Position numbers and translations under genes: made by a program. Below the pieces are notes generated by a model. The model was not told the origin of the DNA. It saw only the letters and a program-made list of their open reading frames with translations, and did not search any database. Of a DNA stretch of 45,282 nucleotides, positions 7,744 to 17,111 are shown piece after piece. The stretch's first letter is position 1; every line of letters begins with the position of its first letter. The stretch covers positions 1 to 45,282 of the forward strand of contig CAYYVD010000002.1 of assembly GCA_964475045.1 (NCBI GenBank), in the 5' to 3' direction. Source of the stretch: an uncultured Desulfobacterales bacterium (GTDB lineage Bacteria; Desulfobacterota; DSM-4660; Desulfatiglandales; HGW-15).

Positions 7744-10062
7744 TTACTTGATGCAGACCTTGCGCACCTGGATGAGATCGGTCTGGCCGAGGAGGGTCTT
7801 GCGCACGCCGTCCTGCAGCAGGGTGGTCATTCCGTCCTTGACGGCCTGCGTCCGGATGTCCTCCATCTTGGCCCGAGTCTGAATCAGCCCCTTGGCGTCA
7901 TCCGTCCCGTCCAGGATCTCGTGGAGGCCGGTCCGGCCTCGATAGCCGGTGTTGCCGCAGTTGGGGCATCCTTTGGGGCGGTACAGGGTGAAGTCGTCGT
8001 TGTACTCGTACCCGAGCTCCTCGAACCCCTCCCCGTAGGTCCGGACCAGATTGTCGTACTCCTCCCGGTCCGGATGGTAGGCCTCCTTGCAGTCCTTGCA
8101 CAGGGTGCGCACCAGTCGCTGGGCCAGCACGCCGAGCAGGGCGTCGGCGAAGTTGAAAGGATCCATGCCCATGTCCAGGAGCCGGGTGATGGTCTCGGGC
8201 GCGCTGTTGGTGTGCAGGGTGCTGAAGACCAGGTGACCCGTGAGAGACGCCTCGATGCCCGTGGCCACGGTCTCGTGGTCGCGCATCTCGCCCACCATGA
8301 TCACGTCCGGGTCCGCGCGCAGAAAGGCCCGCATGGCCGTCGCGAAATCGAAACCGATCTTGGGCAGGACCTGCACCTGGCGCAGGCCCTCCTGGGTGAT
8401 CTCCACGGGATCCTCGGCCGTCCAGATCTTGGTCTCCGGCTTGTTGATGTGGTGGAGGGCGGCATGGAGCGTGGTGGTCTTGCCGCTTCCGGTGGGCCCC
8501 ACCACGAGCACGATGCCGTAGGGCTGGGAAACCTGGTTGAGGAACACGTTGTAGTTCCGCTCGCTCATGCCCATCTTCTCGAGCGGAATGGGCTCGCCCG
8601 CGGCGAGGATCCGCATGACCACGTCCTCGTTCCCGCCCGACGTGGGGATGGTGGCCACCCGCAGCTCGATGTCCAGCGGCGCATAGCGTTTGAACTTGAT
8701 CTTTCCGTCCTGTGGAAGCCGCCGCTCCGAGATGTCCAGGTCCGACATGATCTTCAGGCGGGATGCGATGGCCCGCTTGAAGGTGTGCGGAATGGTCTGG
8801 TAGACCTGGCAGGCCCCGTCGATGCGGAACCGGATGACCGAGTTGGATTTGCCGGGCCTGGGTTCGATGTGAATGTCCGAGGCGTTGCGGTTGTACCCGT
8901 CCACGATCATCTTGTTGACGAGCTGGACAATGGCCCCGTCCTCTTCGCTGACCCGCTCCATGTCGTCGTCCTCTTCGTCATGGCCCCCGTCCAGCTGTCC
9001 GAGGATGTCCTCGATGCTGCCCGAGTCCTCCATGAGCTCGTTGCGTTTGATGTCGAAGAAGAGGTCGATCATCTCGTAGATGTCCTCCCGCAGGGAGACG
9101 CAGTACTCGAACTCCTTGGCCGGGATCAGCCGCTTGATGGTGTCCCGTGCCGGGAGGTAGTTGGGGTTCTCCATGGCGATGGACACCACGTTTCCGGACT
9201 GGTTCACGGGTACGAACACGTTCTTTTTGAGGAAGTTCACCCGAAGGCCCTTCAGGAGCTGACCGGGGATGACCATCTTGTCGTCGAAGGAAATGAACCG
9301 GGTGTTGAAAAAGCTGGCCAGGCACTTCCCGATGTCGTCCTTGCTCACGTGGAAGTCGGACATGAGGACGGACTCCACGGTTTTTTTCATCTTTCGGGCC
9401 GTTACCATGGCGTTTTGCAAATCTTTATCTGTGATGATGTTGTTGCTGATGAGATACTCGAACTTGGTGGGCTTGGACTTCTTGGCGACCTTCTGGTTGT
9501 TGAAGAAGGCCACGCCGAGGACCTTGGCGATCTCCAGGACCGAGGCCTGGTCCTCCAGGGTGTAGTGGTCCCCGTCTTTCTTGTTGATGAGCTGAATGAC
9601 CCCGAGAAGGTACTTGTTGTACAGGATCGGGCCGGCCAGGACCTGCTTGGTGCGGTATCCGGTCTTTTCGTCCCAGGTCCGGTCGAAGCGCAGCTCCGGG
9701 TTGATGCGCTTCAGCTCGTTCTGGTCGTAGGCGTTGTAGATGTTGACGACCTTGCCCGAGGCGGCGCAGTACCCGGAAATGCTCTGGTTGGCGATGGGCA
9801 CCCGAATCTCGCTGACCTCGTCGCCGCTCTTGACCTTGGAGACGATCTGCTTGTTGGCGCCGTCCACCACGTAGATGGTGATGCGATCCGCATCGAACAG
9901 GCTCAGAATCTCCGGCTGCAGATTGATGAGGATATCATTGGTATCCTTGGCGGAATGGATCTTGTTGGTGATGGCATTAAGCCGTTTCTGGAACAGAAGC
10001 TGTTCTTCGAGGCTCTTTTCCCTTCCGGTGTTAGCGTTGGCCTTTTTGGGTGTGGCAGCCAT
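7744..10062 (-). CDS. GspE/PilB-family secretion ATPase with N-terminal GAF and T2SSE_N domains
   Basis: ATPase core motifs are all present: Walker A VVGPTGSGKTTTL, Walker B DPDVIMVGEMRD, His box GHLVFSTLHTN and the tetracysteine CKDC...CPNCGNTGYRGRTGLHEIL. The N-terminal ~190 aa look like GAF (ITIYVVDG..GYCAASGKVVNIYNAY..AGPILYNKYLLGVIQLINK). A GspE-N-like segment follows. Confidence 0.85.
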   Translation of the reverse strand: MAATPKKANANTGREKSLEEQLLFQKRLNAITNKIHSAKDTNDILINLQPEILSLFDADRITIYVVDGANKQIVSKVKSGDEVSEIRVPIANQSISGYCAASGKVVNIYNAYDQNELKRINPELRFDRTWDEKTGYRTKQVLAGPILYNKYLLGVIQLINKKDGDHYTLEDQASVLEIAKVLGVAFFNNQKVAKKSKPTKFEYLISNNIITDKDLQNAMVTARKMKKTVESVLMSDFHVSKDDIGKCLASFFNTRFISFDDKMVIPGQLLKGLRVNFLKKNVFVPVNQSGNVVSIAMENPNYLPARDTIKRLIPAKEFEYCVSLREDIYEMIDLFFDIKRNELMEDSGSIEDILGQLDGGHDEEDDDMERVSEEDGAIVQLVNKMIVDGYNRNASDIHIEPRPGKSNSVIRFRIDGACQVYQTIPHTFKRAIASRLKIMSDLDISERRLPQDGKIKFKRYAPLDIELRVATIPTSGGNEDVVMRILAAGEPIPLEKMGMSERNYNVFLNQVSQPYGIVLVVGPTGSGKTTTLHAALHHINKPETKIWTAEDPVEITQEGLRQVQVLPKIGFDFATAMRAFLRADPDVIMVGEMRDHETVATGIEASLTGHLVFSTLHTNSAPETITRLLDMGMDPFNFADALLGVLAQRLVRTLCKDCKEAYHPDREEYDNLVRTYGEGFEELGYEYNDDFTLYRPKGCPNCGNTGYRGRTGLHEILDGTDDAKGLIQTRAKMEDIRTQAVKDGMTTLLQDGVRKTLLGQTDLIQVRKVCIK

Positions 10063-10228
10063 GGTCCCGGGTCTCGCCCCCCATGAAAGTGGTCTGATGC
10101 AGCATGTTATTCTACGGCACCGGGCCGATTATGCAACCTTTAATTGAAATCGCCGGGCCGATGCTCTATGATCGGTCCCTTTCCGTGAACAGACCCAGGA
10201 ATGCCGCGTCCGCTACAGGAGAATGCCC

Positions 10229-11011
10229 ATGCTCGTCGACAGCCACGCCCACCTGGACATGCCCGAGTTCACTGAGGACCTCCCGGCCGTTCTGAGGCGT
10301 GCCCGCGAGGCGGGGGTCCGGCAGGTGGTGACCGTGGGCATCGATGCCGCATCCTCGGTCCGGGCCGTTCAGCTGGCCGATCAGCACGCCTGGATCTTCG
10401 CCACGGTGGGATGCCACCCCCACCACGCCGAGGACCTGACCCAGGATGACCTGGACCGTCTGGTCGAGCTGGCCGGGCATCCCAAGGTGGTTGCCTGGGG
10501 CGAGATCGGCCTGGATTTCTTCCGGAACCGCTCCCCGCGCAAAGACCAGATCCGCGCCTTCGAGCATCAGCTCGACATCGCCGCGCGAATCGACCTCCCG
10601 GTGGTCATCCATGACCGCGATGCCCACGCCGACGTGCTCGCCTGCCTCGAGGCCATGGGAAACCGCCGTCCTGAAGGCGTCGTCCACTGCTTCAGCGGCG
10701 ACACCGCATTGGCCCGCACCTTCCTGGACATGGGGTTCTTCGTTTCCCTGCCCGGGACGGTGACCTTTCCCAAGGCCGCAACCGCTCGGAAGGTCGCCCG
10801 GGCGGTGCCCCTCGACCGGCTTCTGGTGGAGACCGACGCCCCGTTCCTGGCCCCGGTGCCCCGTCGCGGCAAGCGGAACGAGCCCGCCCTGGTGGTCCAC
10901 ACGGCCCGCGAGATCGCCCGCCTTCGGGAGACGACCTTCGAGGAGGTGGCCCGGCTCACCACGGAGGCCGCCCGCCGTGTCTTCGGCCTCCCCAGCGAGG
11001 AACCCGCATGA
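10229..11011 (+). CDS. tatD: TatD-family metal-dependent hydrolase/DNase
   Basis: LVDSHAHLD, VVIHDRDAH and LLVETDAPFLAP motifs. The ATG at 10229 lies 6 nt after AGGAGA. The ATG at 10223 used by the track directly abuts that RBS. Confidence 0.85.
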   Translation: MLVDSHAHLDMPEFTEDLPAVLRRAREAGVRQVVTVGIDAASSVRAVQLADQHAWIFATVGCHPHHAEDLTQDDLDRLVELAGHPKVVAWGEIGLDFFRNRSPRKDQIRAFEHQLDIAARIDLPVVIHDRDAHADVLACLEAMGNRRPEGVVHCFSGDTALARTFLDMGFFVSLPGTVTFPKAATARKVARAVPLDRLLVETDAPFLAPVPRRGKRNEPALVVHTAREIARLRETTFEEVARLTTEAARRVFGLPSEEPA

Positions 11012-11649
11012 CCGCCCCGTTCATTCACTCGGGCTTTCCGCTGATCCTGGCCTCGGCTTCTCCACGCAGAAGGCGCCTGCTCGAGCAGGCGGGTCTGCCT
11101 TTCCACGCGACGCCGGCGGGCATCCCCGAAGAGCCCTGCGGTCGAGACCCGGACCGCTCCGCCTGCGTGATCTCCGGGCAGAAGGCCGAGGCCGTGTTTC
11201 CCGGCTTTCGAGGGCAGTGGATCCTGGGTGCGGACACCATCGTGTGGACGGCCGGGACGGCCCTGGGCAAGCCCGAGAACGAGGACGACGCCCACAGCAT
11301 GCTCCAACGTCTCAGCGGCCGGGAGCACCGGGTGGTCACGGGCTTCACGGTCATGAATCCTTGCGGAGGGCTGGCGCATCAGGAGGCGGTGAGCACCGCA
11401 GTTCGATTCCGATCTCTCGAGCGAAGCGAGATCGAGGGGTACATCGCGACCGGCGAACCCTTCGGCAAGGCCGGGGCCTACGCCATTCAAGGCATGGGCG
11501 CCTTCATGGTGGAGTCCATCTCCGGTTCCTACACGAATGTGGTGGGGCTCCCCCTGTGCGCTGTGATCCAGGCGCTGCTCCGTGCGGGGGCGCTGGCGCG
11601 GTTCCCCCTTCCGGCTCGGGGCACCCGGCTTCAAGGCGGCGCTTCGTGA
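11008..11649 (+). CDS. maf: Maf-family nucleoside-triphosphate pyrophosphatase (septum formation protein Maf)
   Basis: LILASASPRRRRLLEQAGLPF, DTIV and GKAGAYAIQG motifs. The start overlaps the tatD stop by 4 nt (ATGA). Confidence 0.85.
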   Translation: MTAPFIHSGFPLILASASPRRRRLLEQAGLPFHATPAGIPEEPCGRDPDRSACVISGQKAEAVFPGFRGQWILGADTIVWTAGTALGKPENEDDAHSMLQRLSGREHRVVTGFTVMNPCGGLAHQEAVSTAVRFRSLERSEIEGYIATGEPFGKAGAYAIQGMGAFMVESISGSYTNVVGLPLCAVIQALLRAGALARFPLPARGTRLQGGAS

Positions 11650-11663
11650 GAAACCCACCTTTT

Positions 11664-12428
11664 TTACCGGCGTCCCCCTTTTACGCGGCGCTGGCGGTGG
11701 ATTTCCGAGAGGATCGCGCCGGCCGCCACGGCCACGTTGAGCGATTCCACCCGCCCCGATCCCGGAACGGCCACCAGCTCGTGGCATTGGGCCCGGACGG
11801 TCGGGGCCAGGCCCCGGTCCTCGCTTCCCATCACGAGCACGGTGTCGCGGTCCCAGTCGAACGTATACACGGTCACCCGCGCCTCGCCGGCCGCCCCGAT
11901 GATCCAGAACCCCTCCCGGTCCAGGTGTTTCAGGGCACGGACCAGGTTGACCGCTCTGGCCACCGGGAAAAAGAGACTCGCGCCGGCCGAGCGCTTGGCC
12001 ACCCGTTCACTGAGGCCGGCGGATCGGTCCCTGGGCAGGACCAGCCCTCGGGCGCCGAAAAAGGCCGCGGTCCGGATCAGCGCTCCCAGGTTGCCCTCGT
12101 CGGTGATGTGGTCGGCGGCGATGAGAAGGGCCGGCTCCCCGCCCCGTCGACACGTCTCCGCCAAGTCCTCCAAAGGGACGTAGCCGGGCGCACGGACCAC
12201 GGCTGCGAGCCCCTGGTGGGACGTGTCCGGAAGACGGGCGTCGAGATCGGCGGCCCGGCACCTCCGGACAGGGACACCCCGCTCCTCCGCCTGCGCCACC
12301 ACCTCTCTCGCACGCCTGGAGCGGAGGTCCTCGGAGACCCAGACCTCCACCACCCGACCTTCAATGGTCAGGGACTCCCGCACGGCGTGGTGCCCCGGGA
12401 CGATGAGGGGTTCCGGCTTGCGGCCCAT
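11664..12428 (-). CDS. rlmB: TrmH/SpoU-family RNA 2'-O-methyltransferase (RlmB-like)
   Basis: N-terminal substrate-binding-like GHHAVRESL. SpoU motifs GNLGALIRTAAFFGA, LVMGSEDRGL and IPGSGRVESLNVAVAAGAIL. Confidence 0.8.
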   Translation of the reverse strand: MGRKPEPLIVPGHHAVRESLTIEGRVVEVWVSEDLRSRRAREVVAQAEERGVPVRRCRAADLDARLPDTSHQGLAAVVRAPGYVPLEDLAETCRRGGEPALLIAADHITDEGNLGALIRTAAFFGARGLVLPRDRSAGLSERVAKRSAGASLFFPVARAVNLVRALKHLDREGFWIIGAAGEARVTVYTFDWDRDTVLVMGSEDRGLAPTVRAQCHELVAVPGSGRVESLNVAVAAGAILSEIHRQRRVKGGRR

Positions 12429-12441
12429 GGGGTACTCGGAA

Positions 12442-13050
12442 TCAGGGGTTCAAATCGAAACGGGCTCGAAGCTCCGGCAGCCGTCTTCGGGTCCGGCAGC
12501 GGTCGGCCCGCAGGACGGCGGAGGCCTCCTCGACGGCTCGCTCCAGGCGGTCGTTGACGATCAGATAGTCGTAGCGGGTGGCGTACCCGATCTCGGTGGA
12601 GGCCCTGGCGATCCGTCCGGCCAGGGCCGCTTCGTCGTCGGTGCCGCGGTCCCGAAGGCGCTGCTCCAGCACCTCCATGGACGGGGGGAGCAAAAACACG
12701 AGCACGCAGGACGAGAGGGTCTGCTGCAGGTTGAGTGCGCCCTGGATGTCCAGGTCCATAATCACGTCCAGACCGCGACCGGTCTTCTCCTCCAGCTCTC
12801 GAAACGAGGTGCCGTAGTAGTCCCCGAACACCTCGGCCCACTCGGCGAACGCCTGGTCCCGAATCATTCCGCGGAAGGTCTCGCGGCTCACGAAGTGATA
12901 GGCCTCTCCGTCGACCTCCCCCATCCTGGGCCTTCGGCTGGTGTGGGAGACCGAGTACCCCAGACCGTCCACCCGGCGGCGCACCTTCCGAATGAGAGTG
13001 GACTTGCCGGTGCCGGAAGGTCCCGAGACCACGAAGACCTGACCGCTCAC
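12442..13050 (-). CDS. gmk: Guanylate kinase
   Basis: VVSGPSGTGKSTL P-loop, then SVSHTSRRPRMGEVDGEAYHFVS and YYGTS. GTG start one nt after the remA stop. Confidence 0.9.
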   Translation of the reverse strand: MSGQVFVVSGPSGTGKSTLIRKVRRRVDGLGYSVSHTSRRPRMGEVDGEAYHFVSRETFRGMIRDQAFAEWAEVFGDYYGTSFRELEEKTGRGLDVIMDLDIQGALNLQQTLSSCVLVFLLPPSMEVLEQRLRDRGTDDEAALAGRIARASTEIGYATRYDYLIVNDRLERAVEEASAVLRADRCRTRRRLPELRARFDLNP

Positions 13051-13051
13051 G

Positions 13052-13324
13052 CTACGCCTCGAGATCTTCCCGGCCCAGGGCGCCGTCCGGGCTGAAGCGC
13101 TGGGCGATGGTCTCGGACTGGATGGCCGAGAGGATGACGTGGTTGCTGTCCGTGATGATGACCGACCGGGTCTTTCGACCCTGCGTCGCGTCGATGAGCC
13201 TGCGGTCCTCCCGCGCTTCGTCCCGAAGCCGCTTCACCGGCGCCGTGTTGGGCGAGACGATGGCCACCACCCGCTGGGACACCACGGAGTTCCCGAACCC
13301 GATGTTCAACAGCTTTGCACTCAT
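13052..13324 (-). CDS. remA: DUF370 / RemA-family regulator
   Basis: The 90-aa product reads [62 protein letters not shown], which is typical of RemA/YlzA. It sits next to gmk, as is usual. Confidence 0.8.
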   Translation of the reverse strand: MSAKLLNIGFGNSVVSQRVVAIVSPNTAPVKRLRDEAREDRRLIDATQGRKTRSVIITDSNHVILSAIQSETIAQRFSPDGALGREDLEA

Positions 13325-13337
13325 GTCCGCCGCTCCC

Positions 13338-14219
13338 CTACTCCACGTTCTGGACCTGCTCCCGCAGCTTCTCCAGCTCTGCCTTGATCTCCACTACCGC
13401 GGAGGAGACGTCCGCATCGGAGGCCTTGGAACTGATGGTGTTGGCCTCCCGGTTCAACTCCTGCAGAAGAAACTCCAGCCTGCGCCCCACAGGCTCCTCT
13501 TCCGCCAGGTACCGCTCGAACTGGCTCAGGTGACTTCGGCTGCGAACGATCTCCTCGGTGATGTCGCATCGCCCGGCAAACACGGCCACCTCCTGGGCGA
13601 GACGGCCCTCGTCCGGGTCCAGGTCCTCGGCCACGGCGGCGATCCGGTCCCGAAGCCGCTTGCGGTAGGCGTCCACCACCTCGGGGGCGCGCGCCTCGAC
13701 GGCATCGAGATGCCCGTGAATCACGGCCATGCGACGGCGGAAGTCCTCGTCGATGGCCTGCCCCTCCCCGGCCCGCATGTCCCCGGCCGCATCGAGGGCC
13801 CTGTCCAGGGCCTCCAGGGCGGGGGACTTCAGGCTCTCCGTGTCCCGTTCCACCGGGCGTACGAACACCATGTCCTTGAACTGGCAAAGGGTCTCCGCAC
13901 GAACCGCGGGATCCGCGCCGAACCGCTCCTCGAGCTCCTGAAAGATCCGGACATAGGCCCGGGCCAGAGGGGCATTCAACGCCACGTCCACGTCCGGCTC
14001 CTCTCCCCGGGTCTCCAGCTGAAAGGCGACCTCGATGCGGCCCCGCCCCACGTGCTGGGACACCACCCCCCGAAGGGCCTCTTCCAGGGGCTGAAGCGGT
14101 CCGGGCAGCCGCATGTGGAGGTCCAGGAAACGGTGGTTCACCGCCCGCACCTCCACGGTGATCCTCGTGCTCCCGGTCTCGGCCTCTCCCCGGCCGAAGG
14201 CGGTCATGCTCCGGATCAA
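13338..14219 (-). CDS. yicC: YicC-family stress-induced protein (YicC_N / DUF1732)
   Basis: [13 protein letters not shown]-terminus and C-terminal [15 protein letters not shown] block. 293 aa. Confidence 0.85.
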   Translation of the reverse strand: MIRSMTAFGRGEAETGSTRITVEVRAVNHRFLDLHMRLPGPLQPLEEALRGVVSQHVGRGRIEVAFQLETRGEEPDVDVALNAPLARAYVRIFQELEERFGADPAVRAETLCQFKDMVFVRPVERDTESLKSPALEALDRALDAAGDMRAGEGQAIDEDFRRRMAVIHGHLDAVEARAPEVVDAYRKRLRDRIAAVAEDLDPDEGRLAQEVAVFAGRCDITEEIVRSRSHLSQFERYLAEEEPVGRRLEFLLQELNREANTISSKASDADVSSAVVEIKAELEKLREQVQNVE

Positions 14220-14797
14220 AGCCCCCTCCTCTCCCGGGCCGCAACAGCGCCCCGCTCGTCCTCGGAATCGGGCAGGCCCCGAAGCTGCAGCTTGTAGCGG
14301 TGCCTGACCTGGTTGAACATCTCGATCACCTCGGGGTCGGCATAGTCCGGGTAGGTCCAGGGGAGCCCTCGAAAGCTCTTCCGGTGATACACGAGCGTGA
14401 GGTCGGCATACACGCCGGAGGACAGGTAGATTCGATGGGTGTAGTTCTTTCCCGTGGCCAGCACGAGGCGCTCCAGGCTGATGGTCCCCGGATCCACGTT
14501 GACGGTCCGGTGGCCTTTGCCGCGGAACCGGTCCTCGATGCGCTGGGTCTCCCGTTTGTCCCGTACCAGGGCTTCCGGACGCACGAGGCGCTCGAAGGTC
14601 ACGAACCTCCGCACCAGTGGCCCGCCCATCTCCCGTTCATAGTACCGGGTCCGGTCAAAGGCGAGCACGGGGCTCCTCCAGTCCACGGGCCCGAAGACCG
14701 ACTCCAGCTCTGCGACCCCGCGGTCCAGCGGATCCGGGTCCGCCGCAATGAGGCTGGCGATGCGTTTGACGTCCTCGGGTTCGCTCAGCGTGCTCAT
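14216..14797 (-). CDS. DUF4416-family protein
   Basis: The pattern F..TRYYE.EMG..L.R.F..F..L......L...K..T..IE...... R.VNVDPG.I....LVLAT.K...HRIYL..G+YA.L is what I recall for DUF4416. The stop overlaps the yicC start by 4 nt. Confidence 0.6.
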   Translation of the reverse strand: MSTLSEPEDVKRIASLIAADPDPLDRGVAELESVFGPVDWRSPVLAFDRTRYYEREMGGPLVRRFVTFERLVRPEALVRDKRETQRIEDRFRGKGHRTVNVDPGTISLERLVLATGKNYTHRIYLSSGVYADLTLVYHRKSFRGLPWTYPDYADPEVIEMFNQVRHRYKLQLRGLPDSEDERGAVAARERRGL

Positions 14798-14811
14798 GTC
14801 TCTGCCGTGGG

Positions 14812-15822
14812 CTAGGGGTATCGTCCGTTGACGGCCTTCTCCAGCTCCTCGGCCGTCACCGTGGAGGTCCCCAGCTCACCCACCACGATGCCCGCGGCGA
14901 AGTTGGCGATGACCGCAGACGCCTTCAGGTCCAGACCGGCCGCAAGCCCCATGCAGAGGATGCTGATCACTGTGTCCCCCGCGCCCGTCACGTCGAACAC
15001 CTTTCGCGCCACCGCCGGGATGTGGCTCACCTCCCCGGCCTGCTCGAACAGGGTCATCCCCTCCTTGCCCTGGGTGATCAAGACGGAGCGGGCCCCCAGG
15101 GACTCCAGCATGTGACGTCCCGCCTGAATCAGGCGCTCCTCGTCCTCGATCTCCATGGCGCAGTAGGCCCCGGCCTCCAAGTGGTTGGGCGTGAGTACGT
15201 CCACCCCTTTGTAGAACTCGAAGTTCCCGGTCTTGGGGTCCACCCCGAGGATGATCCCCGAGTTCCAGACCAGGCTTCGCAGTCCTTTCATCATCACGTC
15301 CGAGATCACGCCCTTGCCGTAGTCCGCCACGATGATGGCGTCGATGTCGGTCTGAACCTTCCGGATGAAATCCAGGATCCGGTGGATCGCCTCCGAGGCG
15401 ATCCGTTTCCGGCTCTCGCGATCGAACCGCACCACCTGCTGGTTGTGGGCCACCACGCGGGACTTCACGCTCGTGGGGCGGTCGTTCACCGTGATGATGC
15501 CCTCGGCGGGAAGCCCCATGGCCCTCACCCGCTCGGAGATCTCCCGGCCCGCCCGGTCCTCTCCGACCACACCGCAGAGCACCGCATGCCCGCCCAGGGA
15601 GGCGATGTTGTTGAGCACGTTTGCGGCCCCCCCGAAACGCTTGGTCTCCTGTTTGACCTCGACCACCGGGACCGGAGCCTCGGGGGAGATGCGGGTGACG
15701 TTCCCCCACACGAACTTGTCCAGGATGATGTCGCCGATGACCAGGATGCGCGTCCGGGAAAATCGTTGGATCGCCGACTTGAGCTCGGGGCCGCTGAGAC
15801 CGATGTCCGGTTCCTTGATCAT
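14812..15822 (-). CDS. D-glycero-beta-D-manno-heptose-7-phosphate kinase (RfaE domain I / HldE kinase domain only)
   Basis: RILVIGDIILDKFVWGNVTRISPEAPVPVVEV and the PfkB-family motif DVTGAGDTVIS. The ATG at 15822 has GGTGGA upstream. The track start (GTG at 15852) is an alternative. Confidence 0.8.
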   Translation of the reverse strand: MIKEPDIGLSGPELKSAIQRFSRTRILVIGDIILDKFVWGNVTRISPEAPVPVVEVKQETKRFGGAANVLNNIASLGGHAVLCGVVGEDRAGREISERVRAMGLPAEGIITVNDRPTSVKSRVVAHNQQVVRFDRESRKRIASEAIHRILDFIRKVQTDIDAIIVADYGKGVISDVMMKGLRSLVWNSGIILGVDPKTGNFEFYKGVDVLTPNHLEAGAYCAMEIEDEERLIQAGRHMLESLGARSVLITQGKEGMTLFEQAGEVSHIPAVARKVFDVTGAGDTVISILCMGLAAGLDLKASAVIANFAAGIVVGELGTSTVTAEELEKAVNGRYP

Positions 15823-15885
15823 AACGTTTCCACCCGCTTTTCGCTTGAACACTGAAACAAGAAAGATTATCAGTCGTGCATTCGA

Positions 15886-16782
15886 ATGTCCACAGGGTTT
15901 TTCACCCAGGAGGAAGTCTTGACCTGGTTTTTCCTCGCCCTCACCGCGGCCCTGAGCACCGCGGCCGTCGACACGCTGTCCAAAAAGTTTTTCAGCGATC
16001 TCACGGCGTTCGAGATGGGTCTGATTCGAGTGGCGTACGCCCTGCCCTGCCTCGCCGGCGGGTTCCTCCTGGTCCCCAGGCCGGAGCTGGATGCCACCTT
16101 CTGGGTCTGCCTGGGCGTCGGTCTGCCCCTGGAGGTGACGGCCATGCTCTTGTACATGCGGGCCATCAAGGTCTCTCCCTTGTCACTCACCGTGCCGTTC
16201 CTGGCCTTCACGCCGGCCTTCGTGATCCTGACCGGATACCTGTTTCTTGGAGAGGTGCTGACGGCCCAGGGCGTCACCGGCATCGGGCTGGTGGTGATCG
16301 GCTCCTACGTGCTCAACCTCTCCCGAGCCCGGGAGCGGTGGCTGGCCCCGGTCACGGCCGTGTTCCGGGAGCAAGGCTCCTGGCTGATGCTGCTCACCGG
16401 CTTCATCTACTCCTTCACCGCCACCCTGGGCAAGATGGCCATCCTTCACTCCAGCCCTCCTTTCTTCGGCGTCACCTACTTCCTCTGTGTCCTGGGACTC
16501 ATGCTTCTCCTGTGTCCCTTCGTGCCCGGCGCACGGTTGAAGCACCTGGTGCGGCGTCCGGTGCCGGGCCTGTTCGTCGGACTGTCCACGTCGGCCATGG
16601 TGTTCAGCCACACCATGGCCATCTCCCTGGTGGAAGCGGCCTACATGCTCGCCATCAAACGGACCAGCCTGCTCTTCGGGGTCATTCTCGGAGCGGTCGT
16701 CTTTCGGGAAACCCGGATCCGGGAGAGGTTCCTGGGCGTGTCCATCATGCTGGCGGGGGTGTTTCTGATCGTCCTGTCCTGA
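15886..16782 (+). CDS. EamA/DMT-family membrane transporter
   Basis: About 10 hydrophobic segments in two EamA-like halves. The track start is the ATG at 15886. A TTG at 15919 lying 5 nt after AGGAGG (15909-15914) is at least as plausible. Confidence 0.7.
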   Translation: MSTGFFTQEEVLTWFFLALTAALSTAAVDTLSKKFFSDLTAFEMGLIRVAYALPCLAGGFLLVPRPELDATFWVCLGVGLPLEVTAMLLYMRAIKVSPLSLTVPFLAFTPAFVILTGYLFLGEVLTAQGVTGIGLVVIGSYVLNLSRARERWLAPVTAVFREQGSWLMLLTGFIYSFTATLGKMAILHSSPPFFGVTYFLCVLGLMLLLCPFVPGARLKHLVRRPVPGLFVGLSTSAMVFSHTMAISLVEAAYMLAIKRTSLLFGVILGAVVFRETRIRERFLGVSIMLAGVFLIVLS

Positions 16783-17010
16783 AAACGGACGAAACGGCAT
16801 GTCCCCGACGCCCTGTCCCCCGCAGAGAGCACAGCCGGCAAGACCCATCGTACTGGGACTCGGTCCCCAAGGGACGGCACTCGCCCTCGCACTCGACAAC
16901 CCGGGTATCGAGGGGCACGGAAAATCCGAGTACGCGTTCTGCTTCGCTGAGTACGAGCGCGAACACGGAGGGGAGGGGCGCTGTTGCGCTTTTTTGTGAA
17001 ACCGTCACGA

Positions 17011-17040
17011 TTGACATCCCCTGGAACGGCTGCGTAAGAT
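17011..17040 (+). promoter_or_regulatory. Sigma70-like promoter candidate upstream of trkA
   Basis: TTGACA (17011-17016), an 18-nt spacer, then TAAGAT (17035-17040). It is preceded by a small GCGC-TGTT-GCGC hairpin plus a T6 run (~16979-16996) that could terminate eamA. Confidence 0.35.
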
Positions 17041-17111
17041 GCTCGACACAACGCGGCCGGATTACAAAAACGGCCCGCCCACGGACGCGCCTTCGAGCAA
17101 GGAGGGACCCG

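Noticed and set aside
7921-10086. A 721-aa ORF on the plus strand.
   Set aside because: It lies exactly antisense to the motif-rich GspE-type ATPase gene. Its translation is Gly/Val/His/Asp/Leu-rich with no recognisable motif. This is a typical high-GC shadow ORF.
12445-12457. A tRNA T-loop-like GGGGTTCAAATCG.
   Set aside because: It lies inside the 3' end of gmk, where it encodes …RARFDLNP-stop on the minus strand. No acceptor, D or anticodon arms can be drawn around it. I saw no other tRNA-like T-arm sequences in intergenic regions.
16799-16999. A 66-aa ORF in the eamA-trkA intergenic region.
   Set aside because: It has no RBS and a Pro/Gly/Ala-rich composition with no recognisable family. 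It overlaps the probable eamA terminator. It is probably non-coding.
15876-17111. The N-terminal ~412 codons of the 864-aa plus-strand ORF that ends as TrkA.
   Set aside because: This part reads out of frame through the EamA transporter gene and the intergenic region, and it is Arg/Pro/Gly-rich. TrkA homology begins precisely at the TTG at 17112, which has its own GGAGGG RBS.
17041-17111. A possible c-di-AMP or other riboswitch in the trkA leader.
   Set aside because: The leader is only ~70 nt with one small hairpin (GGCCG…CGGCC). That is too short for, and unlike, the ydaO-type motif.
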